A stretch of 64,000 bases of DNA from Tubulanus polymorphus. Its lineage: Eukaryota > Animalia > Nemertea. Each line of letters begins with the position of its first letter. Position 1 is the stretch's first letter. Positions 12,055 through 22,342 of the stretch are shown here, one piece after another. The notes under the pieces are model-generated. The model saw only the letters and a program-made list of their open reading frames with translations. It was not told the origin of the DNA and made no database searches. Location of the stretch: the NCBI RefSeq assembly GCF_964204645.1, contig NC_134030.1:17878210-17942209 (forward strand), read 5' to 3'. The position numbers and the translations under genes were made by a program.

Positions 12055-13444
12055 ATGGTAGATAGTTTTCCAAAAGCTTTCCAATATAATAAATCAATTA
12101 AATATAATATTCCAGCAATAGATTTTAATAAAGATATTACATATAGAAATGAAGTTTTAAATTCATTAATTGATTTATATATTTATGTTACTGAAACTAA
12201 TAATTTTAATGCAAAGATGGAAAATATATTTCATGTATATTTAATTAATTTTAAAAAATTGAAAGATGAAAAACAATGGTTATTAAAATCTAATATGAAG
12301 TATTGGCAGAATCAATTAAATTTTGCTGTTTATTGTGCAACAACAGGATGTGGAATTAGTTGGAATGATCATTTGAATAATTCTAAATATAAATTAATTC
12401 AAAGTTTATTTAGATTTCATACATACTTTCAAATCAGAATAATATTAAATGAATTAGAGTGCGCTTTACCAGGATCTAGATATTTTAAAGAATTAGATAA
12501 TAATATTAATTTATCTAAGTTTTATAAGATTTGTAATGAATTTAATATAGATATAAATAATTCTGATTTTAGAACAAAAATTGGAACAATAAGATCACTT
12601 CCTTGCCCTAAAAAGATTGCAGAATATTGTGCACTTCCCATACCATCTAATAGTTTTTATAATATCTATAATAATAAATTAGGTTATGGTAAAATAGAAA
12701 CAAAGGATTTAGAAACATTAAATTTCAATAAATTACCAAAATTTTATGATAATTTAAAACAAGAAAACAATAATGGTTGGGTTTATTTCATTTTAGAGAA
12801 TAGTGAAAGTTTTACTAAATCAGGTATAGAAAGAATAAATCAATCTATTAGAACTTATTTGATTTGTATTCTAGGATCACAAGTTGAAACAAGATCACCG
12901 ATAATTGGAAATTTGAATACATCATTCGATAAACAAAAACAATTTAAAGTTTTATTTGAAGATTCAATTCATAATGATAAAAATAGATCGATTCCAGAAA
13001 ACATTATAAGATATCAAAATTATTTAGATAAATCTCATGTAAGACTTAATTATTGTATAGGCCCTAATCTATTAATTATTTCTAATGATTTAGTATTGAA
13101 GATGGGAAATATAATTGGTTATAATAATCTAATTAAAACCGCAACAATAAATAATTCATTTGGGTTAAATGATATAAATAAAAAGATTATCACTGCTCCA
13201 AAATTAATGGAAGGTGAAAAAAATAAAAAAACATATTCAATCAACTGAAACTAAAACTAAGAATATTAAATTGGATAATGATTCTAAAATAAAAGATTAC
13301 AATACATCAGAAAATATAAAAACTGATAATATTCAACATGATATAATTAAACTAAATGATGATAATAAATCCCATGAAAATACTAAATTAGCTATAACTT
13401 GTATAGGAATTGTAATCGGCGGAATATTATATTTTAAATTTTAA
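12055..13444 (+). CDS. Hypothetical Polinton protein (WQNQLNFAVYCATTGCGIS motif) with C-terminal TM anchor; frameshift in A-run near 13220
   Basis: ORFs 12055-13248 and 13214-13444 overlap at a homopolymer; the second ends LAITCIGIVIGGILYFKF. Confidence 0.75.
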
Positions 13445-13461
13445 TTTTTTTTATTATGTAA

Positions 13462-15189
13462 ATGGATGTAGAAGGTGGAGAAGATTATGAAATGGGAGAA
13501 ATGGGAAATAATAATGAAGGATATATTGATGATGAACCACAACCCGATTTTAATGAAACTAATATTGATAATAATGATGAATCAGCATATAATTCTAATT
13601 TAGGTGAAGATGATTATGATGATGATGATGGAATTAATACCGAAGTACGTGAAAAATTAAATAAATATTTAAAAGCTCCTGAAAGTGGTAGAATTTCAAC
13701 TAGAACAGAAAGAAAAGAATTCATGAAACTATTAGAAAAACAACAAGAAAAATATCCTAATGAACATTTGGAATTATATAGAATGAAATCTAGAGTAACA
13801 GATACAATTGTTAACGAATTATTACCATAAGTTGTAATAGATGAAATTGATACTGAAGATGTTGTAGAACAAATTTTTAAAGATGACCCATATTTCACGA
13901 ATAATTTAGAATTTAAAAATGATTCATGGTATTATAATCTTGAATTAAATAGGAATACTGTATCAATTCAATTATCTAGAATGGGTCAAGAAAATATTTT
14001 TGAACCTGGAATGCGAGCATTATCTACAATTGAAGGTTCAAAAGGTGGTAGAGAATTTCTTAGAATTATATGGAATGCAATCGATAGAATAAATGAAGAA
14101 GAACCAATTCCTAATATTAATATAAACAAATATTCACCATTTAAAAATCCAAATCCAAATCCTACTGATTTTGATCCAGAAATGGAAGAGAATAGAAATC
14201 GATTAGATAGATTAAGATCTTCAACACCCGAAACATCGAGAAGAGACACTCAACCAATTGATAATGATTCAAGTCAATTACAATTAGTAAAACATTTTGA
14301 TAGCATGTTAGATACAATTCATTCATTTGAAGAAGAGATGAATAGTGCTTTAGATACACCCGGTACTGAAACTGGAATAAATCGAATACAATCTTTACTA
14401 GAAAAAGGATTATTTGATTTAACTGATGATGAATTAGAAGCATTTCCTGAACAAACACATAGAGAAATTAAAGGTATGCAAGAATCAGCTGATAAAATTG
14501 CGCATGAAAAAAGTAAAAGAGATATTAAAATTAGATTTTTAGAAAAAGATAGAACTGATAAAAATAAAGAAATAGAAAAATTAAAGTCTGATTTAGACCA
14601 TCAAGTAATTGATGAAATAGAATATAGGCAAAAAGAATTACGTTTAGAAAAAGAAATAGATGATTTAGAATATAACATAGAATTACAAAAAGAAGAAATT
14701 AAATTATTTTTAAAATCATATGATTATAATATTAATAGATTAAAAGTTATTTTTAAAGATTTGTTGATTAAACCAAATTCTGAAATATCATTAAAAGACA
14801 GAATAAAGTTATTATTTAAATTAGAAGGAATAAAAATTCTTTCAATTCTAACAGCTGTAACTATGTTATTTACAACAATTGGTTTAGCAATATCAAATGC
14901 TTTGAAATCTACTCCTACTCCCAATAAACCAGATAAACCTCCAGGTAATAATTCTATACAAGATAAAGTTATGGATGGTTTAAAGAAATTAGCAAAATAT
15001 TTATGGGAACTATCTAAAAAATCTGCTGCAGCATTGCCAGGAGTTATTGCTTCAATTGTTGGTTTTATATTGAAATCTGCTGGGAATATTCTTAACTTTG
15101 CTGCTGAACATATTATTTTATTTTTAATTACAGTTGTAAGTGCTATTATTTTTGGGTTAGTAAATATGATATCAAAAAATATCAAGTAA
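13462..15189 (+). CDS. Large acidic/coiled-coil protein with C-terminal hydrophobic and amphipathic helices; one in-frame TAA at 13828
   Basis: ORFs 13462 and 13981 are in the same frame and open between them; C-terminus ...AAALPGVIASIVGFIL...AEHIILFLITVV. Confidence 0.8.
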
Positions 15190-15261
15190 ACCATGATATC
15201 AAAAAATATCAAGTAAACCATGATATCAAAAAATATCAAGTAAACCATGATATCAAAAAAT
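15166..15261 (+). repeat. 27-bp tandem repeat, ~3.5 copies
   Basis: ATGATATCAAAAAATATCAAGTAAACC repeated perfectly over the 3' end of the upstream gene. Confidence 0.95.
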
Positions 15262-15288
15262 AAATAATTAATTTTTTTTGTTAAATAA

Positions 15289-16536
15289 ATGAGTGGGAGT
15301 TATATAAGTCCTTCCAAGATTTCTAGAATATCTAATGCTATTAAAGCAGAAAGATCACATCATATAATTACTCATAACCCTTCAAATATTAATCCCGATG
15401 AAACTTTATATGTTAGAATTCCTAGATTAACACAAAATACTTTTTATGTTCCAAACAGTATTTATTTATCAGCCGATATAAAAGTAATCGGTAATAATAA
15501 TAATTATGTCGTTGATAATGTTGGAAGATATTTGATTAAAAAGTTAACAATAAAGATTGGTCCAGAAACAGTTTTCTCATTAGATGATTATGATTTATTT
15601 ATGCATTATAAAGATTTATGGTTAACTAAAGAAAATAGAAATAATATGATATTTCAGGGTATTCAATCAGAAAACCAAAATAAATTAAGATCAGAAGCTA
15701 ATAGCGCAATATTAACTAATGATGTAGATAAATTGATAAAAAGTATATATGGAAGTAAATATAAAATTCCATTAGACTTTGAATTGATAAATAATAATGC
15801 ACCTTTATATAAATACGCAATTCAAGAAGACGTTATATTTGAAATAACATTTGCTCCTGTAAATGAAATTGTATTATCTAGCGTTAATAAAGATATGAGT
15901 TATAAATTATCGAATATATGTTTAGAATATGATACAGTAACTGATGAAAATATTTCAAGTATAATTCAAACTAAGTACAATCAAGGGTTTTCATTATTAT
16001 ATGATTATATTGATAAATTTAAAACTGTAACTATTAATGCAAATGATGAAATAATTAATGAGAATATTAACTTTCCTAGAAGATCTATTAAAGGTATATT
16101 AATATTTTTTACCATTGGAACGTTTACTAATGGCGCAATAAATGTTGACAATTATTATAATCCTGAAATAACAAAAGTAGAAATAACTATCGAAGGAATA
16201 GCGAATAAAATATTTTGTCAAGGAATGAGAATGATTGATCAATGGGTAGAAATTAAAAAACATTTTATGAATGAAAAAATAAAATCATTTGAAAATTGTA
16301 ATATTAATCAAATTGATTATTATACCGGTAATAAATATGCATTATGGTTAGATTTTAGAACAACTGAAGATAATTCATTACATGGTTCTGGAAAAAAACT
16401 ACAAAATACAAAAGATGGAATACAATTATTCATGACAAAGAATAAAGGAATCAAAAATTTTTAAATGCACATTTATATTATATCTGACGCACAATTAAAT
16501 ATTGTAAATTCACAATTAGATAGTGTTATGTATTAA
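15289..16536 (+). CDS. Major capsid protein (double jelly roll); in-frame TAA at 16462
   Basis: ~415 codons, beta-rich: NPSNINPDETLYVRIP, VDNVGRYLIKKLTI, YKLSNICLEYD, KYALWLDFRT; frame continues MHIYIISDAQLNI to 16536; position in a Polinton. Confidence 0.75.
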
Positions 16537-16568
16537 AATTTTAACTTTAATAAAAATATATATATTAA

Positions 16569-17600
16569 ATGGAAGGTGGAATATATGAAATACAATCTCC
16601 AAGTGAAATGATATCAGATATATATTATATATTACCTTATGATGAATACAGTAAGTATTTTGGAGATTACTTTAATCAATTCAAATATAGAATAAGTAAA
16701 ATAGATAAGAATATTGAAACAAAAATAGAAGATAATATTGAACCTAAAATAGAAGATAAGAATGATATTGAATCTAAAATAGAAGATAATGTTATACCTT
16801 CTACATCGAATGATGATAAGATTGAAACAAAAATAGAATATAATATTGAACCTAAAATAGAAAAATCAAATGTTCAACCAAAAGATAACATCAGATGTAT
16901 GTATTGTGAAGAAGATTTTGATAATTATAATGATTATTTATTACACATCAAAAAAGATGAACATATTTTACAATTAGTAAAAACATATGCCAATATATAT
17001 AAAGATAAATGCAAAGAGGATCAGAATTATTGTGCCTTCTGTAATGAATGTATAACAAAGGCTAATTGGGCAAAACATTATAAATTAAAAACAAAAGGTG
17101 GAAATGATTCAGCCCATGCAATACAAGTATTTAAATCTTGGTGTGAAAAATGTAAAGAATATGTAATATATGATAAACAATTGAATCATAAATACTCAAT
17201 TAAACATATTGGTACAGATAATGTAATAGAAAATCCAACAGTTATAAATCCAAAATTTAATAAAAAGAATATATTAGATTATCGGTGGTATAGAAAAACA
17301 TTTATAGATTATTTCTTGAGTAATGATATAGTTACCATATTGAAAAAGTTAGATAACTTTAAACCAAATGTAACTTATGCAATGAACTTATTTGAACTTA
17401 AATATGATGATTTTAGAGAATTTTTAAATAAACATCCATCTAAAACTGAAATCGAAAATTATATTCCAAAAATATTTTCAAGAGAAACATTCAGGAAATA
17501 TAAACTCGAGAATTATTTAGGAATTATACCAAAGAAAATGCAGAGGGATATATATTTAGAATACAATAAGCTTAAAGAAAAATATGAAAATGAAAATTAA
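16569..17600 (+). CDS. Zinc-finger protein with IE(P/T/S)KIED low-complexity repeats, 343 aa
   Basis: CMYC-x12-H-x5-H, CAFC..H and CEKC..H..H clusters. Confidence 0.8.
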   Translation: MEGGIYEIQSPSEMISDIYYILPYDEYSKYFGDYFNQFKYRISKIDKNIETKIEDNIEPKIEDKNDIESKIEDNVIPSTSNDDKIETKIEYNIEPKIEKSNVQPKDNIRCMYCEEDFDNYNDYLLHIKKDEHILQLVKTYANIYKDKCKEDQNYCAFCNECITKANWAKHYKLKTKGGNDSAHAIQVFKSWCEKCKEYVIYDKQLNHKYSIKHIGTDNVIENPTVINPKFNKKNILDYRWYRKTFIDYFLSNDIVTILKKLDNFKPNVTYAMNLFELKYDDFREFLNKHPSKTEIENYIPKIFSRETFRKYKLENYLGIIPKKMQRDIYLEYNKLKEKYENEN

Positions 17601-17604
17601 AAAA

Positions 17605-17982
17605 ATTATAGAATTCACTGTATATTGATGGATGAATGGATGAGTTGGATGAGTTGGATGAGTTGGAAGAGTGGAAGAGTGGAAGAGTGTAATAATATAT
17701 ATATTTTACTTTTTAACACATAAATTGGAAGAATAGTATGAGTATAAATATAATATTTTTATTCTTTATTAAATTTAACACAATATATATATATTATTAA
17801 AATAATATTTAAATATAGTATAAAATTGATAAAATAACTTCAAATCAAACTCTTACTGTTTTAAAAATAAAAAACATATGTAAATTATATATTATTACAC
17901 TCATCCATTCATCCACTCATCCAATTCATCCAATTCATCGAATTCATCCACTCATCCATTAGTATACAGTGAATTCTATAAT
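17605..17982. repeat. Imperfect palindrome (~100-bp arms with GGATGAGT-like repeats) between convergent genes; candidate bidirectional 3'-end signal
   Basis: ATTATAGAATTCACTGTATA at 17605 and TATACAGTGAATTCTATAAT ending 17982; fills the gap between stops at 17600 and 17999. Confidence 0.85.
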
Positions 17983-17998
17983 ATTTTGAATTAGGATT

Positions 17999-18610
17999 TT
18001 ATTTTATAAATTTATATTCATATGGAAATTGTAATCTCATAAGTAATTTGGAACCTTTATTATTCTTTAATTTATTCATATATTCATCATGTAATTCAGT
18101 AGGTATAATTTGATTTTCTTCCAATGATTGTTGCATAGATTTTTTATCTTTGTTATAAAATAAAACTAGAAATCTTATATTCTCCCTAAAGTCTTTAACA
18201 ATTGAATTATATTTTTGATTTAAAACCCATGTTGTTTTCCTAAAATGTCTACCAGAGAAAGCTAAATAACATAACTCACTTTCTCTAATTTTAGAATCAT
18301 GTAAATTTGCGCAATCATCTATAATGAATAATGTATTTGATCCTTTATAAGTATCAATTGCTATTTTTATACAATTATCTAAATTTTCTTTTACTGTTTT
18401 AGGATCTAATATAATAAACTTTTTTATCTTAACTATGTCTCTATTATATGTTTTATTCATTTCATAAGTAGGACAGAATAATATTATATTATCAAAATGA
18501 TTCTTATAAATAGTTTCTAACAAGTCTAATATGAAGTGTGTTTTACCACAATTTGTAACTCCAGTAACTAACATATTATGTGGTTCAAATATAAATAAAT
18601 CTTTATTCAT
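17999..18610 (-). CDS. A32/FtsK-like genome packaging ATPase
   Basis: Walker A GVTNCGKT, Walker B LFIIDD, arginine finger GRHF, LNQ. Confidence 0.93.
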   Translation of the reverse strand: MNKDLFIFEPHNMLVTGVTNCGKTHFILDLLETIYKNHFDNIILFCPTYEMNKTYNRDIVKIKKFIILDPKTVKENLDNCIKIAIDTYKGSNTLFIIDDCANLHDSKIRESELCYLAFSGRHFRKTTWVLNQKYNSIVKDFRENIRFLVLFYNKDKKSMQQSLEENQIIPTELHDEYMNKLKNNKGSKLLMRLQFPYEYKFIK

Positions 18611-19691
18611 TTATTCTTTTAATTTTACTAGATAAAATCCATTCATTAAATTTATCATCATATCCTTTATATTTCACCAAAGAATACTTTTTTCCTTTAA
18701 GAGTTTTAGTTTTTAATATCTTTTCTATTTTGTATTCTATTTCATCTGGATTTGGTACAAGTGATAATTCTTGTTCATAGAAATAACCTAATATTTCTTC
18801 ATCTTTTAGATCTTCTAATTTATAAACAAATGGTTTAGTTAATATAATCTTTTTAATTTTAAATATTTCTTCAGTAAAATTAGGGGTATAACCTTTATAA
18901 AATGTTTTTCTATATTTAGAAATTCTAACATGTTGTCCTATTTTAAATTTAGGTTCTCCAAAATCATGTGTAACAAATGCTCCATATAAATTATTCCAAA
19001 CTATTTCTGAATTTTCTTCTTTTCTAGCTTGTATAGGTTTCATATTTATAGAACTATGTTTAGAATTATTATAACCTTTAACTAAATCATCTAACACATT
19101 GATATATTTATATGTTTCATTAGCGGTGAAATATTTCCACATTCTAGTTTTCAATGTTTTATTAAATCTTTCTATAACAGATGCTTTTTTATCTGAATGC
19201 GTTGAAAAATATTCTACATCGTTATCAGATAATAGTTTTTTGAAATGTTTGTTATAAAATTCTTTACCTTCATCAAATTGTATCTTATCTGGAATAGCTT
19301 CTTTAAATATTAATTTGAAAGAATTTGTAACTTCTATACCAGTTTTATTTTTAATCGGGATACTCCATGCGTATCTACTGAATATATCTATAACATTTAG
19401 TATCCAAAAATATCCTTTGTTATATTCTTCTAAGTTTTTCATGTCAATTAAATCAGCTTGCCATTGTTGGTCAATATATGAAACCATAACTTTTCTTGTT
19501 AAATATTTTTTATCCATCTTTTTATGAATTTGATATGTGGGTTGATTTTGTAACCATGATTTTAATTCACTATATTTTATTTTTTCTTTATTAGATTTAA
19601 TTTTATTCCATAATTCTGAAACACTTGAATATGAAACTTCACTTTCTGGGTTGTAATATAAATCTCTCAAATATTGTTCTTTTTTCATCAT
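18603..19691 (-). CDS. Retroviral-like (RVE, DDE) integrase with C-terminal chromodomain
   Basis: WQADLIDM, IDIFSRYAW, FDEGKEF, ASVIERFNKTLK; YKIEKIL...VKYKGYDDKFNEWI. Confidence 0.96.
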   Translation of the reverse strand: MMKKEQYLRDLYYNPESEVSYSSVSELWNKIKSNKEKIKYSELKSWLQNQPTYQIHKKMDKKYLTRKVMVSYIDQQWQADLIDMKNLEEYNKGYFWILNVIDIFSRYAWSIPIKNKTGIEVTNSFKLIFKEAIPDKIQFDEGKEFYNKHFKKLLSDNDVEYFSTHSDKKASVIERFNKTLKTRMWKYFTANETYKYINVLDDLVKGYNNSKHSSINMKPIQARKEENSEIVWNNLYGAFVTHDFGEPKFKIGQHVRISKYRKTFYKGYTPNFTEEIFKIKKIILTKPFVYKLEDLKDEEILGYFYEQELSLVPNPDEIEYKIEKILKTKTLKGKKYSLVKYKGYDDKFNEWILSSKIKRINE

Positions 19692-19694
19692 ATT

Positions 19695-20090
19695 TTAATC
19701 CATTAATAATATTTTAGATTTATTTTCATTTGATTTATGATTTGACTTATTTTCTGGTATAATAGGTTTATCATCATTGGAATCATCTTTATCATCAGAT
19801 TTGAATTTTGATTTATATATTACACCAGATAATATAATAACTGTTACTAATCCAATTGTAATATATAATTTATAATTACTTCCAGCATTAGAAGAATTAG
19901 ATGGATTATTATTTGAATCAATACCACCGTGTGGGTGCCGTACGGCACCATCAGATAAAGTCTGTGATTCATTTATATCAGTTAATTTCTTTTTCTTAGC
20001 TTTTTTTAATTCTGATGATCTTTTACCTAATTCTCTTGCCCATATAATTTGTTTCTCGGATCTAGGCTTCTTCTTAACGCTGTCACTCAT
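19695..20090 (-). CDS. Basic N-terminus, single-TM protein, 131 aa
   Basis: LYITIGLVTVIILSGVIY hydrophobic segment; TAAATG start. Confidence 0.75.
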   Translation of the reverse strand: MSDSVKKKPRSEKQIIWARELGKRSSELKKAKKKKLTDINESQTLSDGAVRHPHGGIDSNNNPSNSSNAGSNYKLYITIGLVTVIILSGVIYKSKFKSDDKDDSNDDKPIIPENKSNHKSNENKSKILLMD

Positions 20091-20685
20091 TTATTTTAGT
20101 TAATTTTTGTTCTGATTCATTTTCTGTTTCGACGTTTGGTTGTAGTACATCTGTTTCGTTCTTACCTGATTTATATTCCATAGGCTTGATGTTCGAAAAT
20201 GTTATGACACCAGTAGAAATCAATGTCATAACCGATCCTAATTGAAATGAAGCATAACCAACCCATTTTTGTAATTCAGTCATAACTAAGTAGTCATTTT
20301 TCAAATCATTATATAATTTATTTTCATCATCAATTGGTATTAACTGGTTACATAATTTTGAATAACATTTAACAATACCATCTGAAATAGAATCATTTAT
20401 TCTAGCTAATCGAGCTTCTTCATAAATCTTAAAAAATTTTATTACTTTATCGGGTTTCATAGCATCTAGTTCTTGAAAAGTAATGATTCTATTTAAAAAC
20501 TCCTTAGATTTCCCGCCAGCAATTAATAATTCAAGATGATGCTTACAATATAAGTAGTATTCATAATCTATATTGTTATTAACTTGAATAGAATTAGTTA
20601 CAACTGTATCTTTATTATCACTTATACCCAAATCATCTAATGTTTTTTCAATATCAATACTATTCTTATTAGATTTCTTTGACAT
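20083..20685 (-). CDS. Hypothetical Polinton protein, 200 aa
   Basis: Intact ORF with TAAATG start; stop overlaps the next gene's start. Confidence 0.75.
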   Translation of the reverse strand: MSKKSNKNSIDIEKTLDDLGISDNKDTVVTNSIQVNNNIDYEYYLYCKHHLELLIAGGKSKEFLNRIITFQELDAMKPDKVIKFFKIYEEARLARINDSISDGIVKCYSKLCNQLIPIDDENKLYNDLKNDYLVMTELQKWVGYASFQLGSVMTLISTGVITFSNIKPMEYKSGKNETDVLQPNVETENESEQKLTKINE

Positions 20686-21541
20686 TTATATTAGAGAAAT
20701 TTAATAAGAAAAATATTATAAGTATTCTTCAAATGATACTAGTATCTCTTTAGGTTAATACTAAATTGACTAAGTTAGTTAAAGTTAAAGAATTTCTATT
20801 CAAATCTATTCAAAATCTATTCAATCTAATGTCAATTAGAATTAACAAAAGAAAATATTGAAAATATAATAGAATTGACTAGCTAGTTGAAGTTATTGTT
20901 TTTTTATTATATTTTATTTAAATTAGGATTTAGATTATCTCACTACTATTGTTGTCCAGATAAGTCATTTCGGATCCTCGATATCAAATCCTCAACTGAA
21001 AATAAATTCAAAGAAACGACTGGTGGAAATATTATTTCATAAACAGATATATTTATTATACACATTTTAGCGATCAATAGTAGAACAATGGAGAACAATA
21101 GAAATGCGGTCCAATCGGACCGGTTATTGCGCAATACACAGTTAACAGTAAACAATACAATATTAAAACAGATATATACAATCGAGATCTAAGACCTTCA
21201 GTATTATAATTCATAATTTTGTCCAGAATTCTTTAATTACTGGATTGTTTCCAATCATTTCTTCAATTTCTGGTAAATGTCTTACTACTTCACTAAATGC
21301 TAATCCTAATATTTTGAATTTTTCATATTTTATTAATATTTTATTATGTGAATGTTGATTTCTAACTGCCAACGTGGCGCACGTTCGACCAAACTAATTA
21401 TTTCTGCACAGATGTTCTTTGTGATGAAGTTAATTAATTCTTTAGAATTGAAAACAAGATATATTTGGCAACATATGTTTTAGTAGTAAGCAAAAGCTAT
21501 GTATTATATACATACAAAGCTCAAATAGAATTACCAGCTTT

Positions 21542-22207
21542 CTAACCACTGATCAAAACCTCAGAATGCGGTTGATTCTGTGAAATACTATTCCATAATT
21601 CAACAAATGTCTTTGCTTTATCTAGTTGATCTAAATATAACTGTAAATCTAGTTTATTGGATTTAATAATGTTTTCCTTCTTTTCTAAAGGTCTTAGATT
21701 CTTCCAATTCCAAATAAGTTTTTTATTGTATTCATCATTCATGTCAAATTTAGAAATCGGCAACACATGATCAATATGAAAGTATTCACCATAATTATCT
21801 ATATTCATTTTATCGTCGAATTGATATATTATCCATGATTTGAGAAATTCATCTGAACAACCCAATAGATTAGATAGTGTTTCTGAATATGTTTCTTTGT
21901 TAAATAATTGTGTTAATCTAGACCGTAAACATTGTTTCAATCTAAAATTAAGATCTGTTTGATATCTTTCTCTCATATATTCTGTCATATAATCATTATA
22001 AGATTCTCTATTATCTTCTCGATATTGTTTGGTATATAGTTTAATGCAAGTTTTACAGTAATATTGAAAACCATCTTTGCTAATCTTACGCTTACTAAAT
22101 TCTGTTAATGATTTATCTAATTCACATTTAGAACACTTTTTGTAATATATGTTTATAACACCAGTGTTATTTGTAATATTGATAATTTGTGGTTGTTCTG
22201 GTTCTAT
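21542..22207 (-). CDS. HNH/endonuclease VII-like nuclease of the type common in large DNA viruses; start codon appears as ATA
   Basis: Frame open from TAA-ATA-GAA at 22207: KKCSKC..KDGFQYYCKTC, LLGCS, NYGEYFHIDHVLPIS, NWKNLRPL..KENIIKSNK. Confidence 0.8.
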   Translation of the reverse strand: MEPEQPQIINITNNTGVINIYYKKCSKCELDKSLTEFSKRKISKDGFQYYCKTCIKLYTKQYREDNRESYNDYMTEYMRERYQTDLNFRLKQCLRSRLTQLFNKETYSETLSNLLGCSDEFLKSWIIYQFDDKMNIDNYGEYFHIDHVLPISKFDMNDEYNKKLIWNWKNLRPLEKKENIIKSNKLDLQLYLDQLDKAKTFVELWNSISQNQPHSEVLISG

Positions 22208-22342
22208 TTATTATACATATTTTTTTACTAAATTGGTTAATATTTTAGAATCCTCTTCCATTTCTTCGATCAACGTCATCCTTTTTCATTCCTCGCTGCT
22301 TTTGATAAGTTGTTTCGATTCCTTGATATCTAAATAATACCA

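Noticed and set aside
13614-15248. Minus-strand ORFs 13614, 13986, 14162 and 14724
   Set aside because: Antisense shadows of the plus-strand gene; no TAAATG start or recognisable motifs
15166-15261. CRISPR-like array (also considered for 22343-22785, 33546-33910 and 58646-58915)
   Set aside because: Units are contiguous or share similar spacers; no unique spacers, no cas genes, eukaryotic context
6165-16464. In-frame TAA/TAG codons in five viral genes as evidence for an alternative genetic code or readthrough
   Set aside because: TAA is also the normal terminator of most genes, and frameshifts co-occur; simple decay or error explains them
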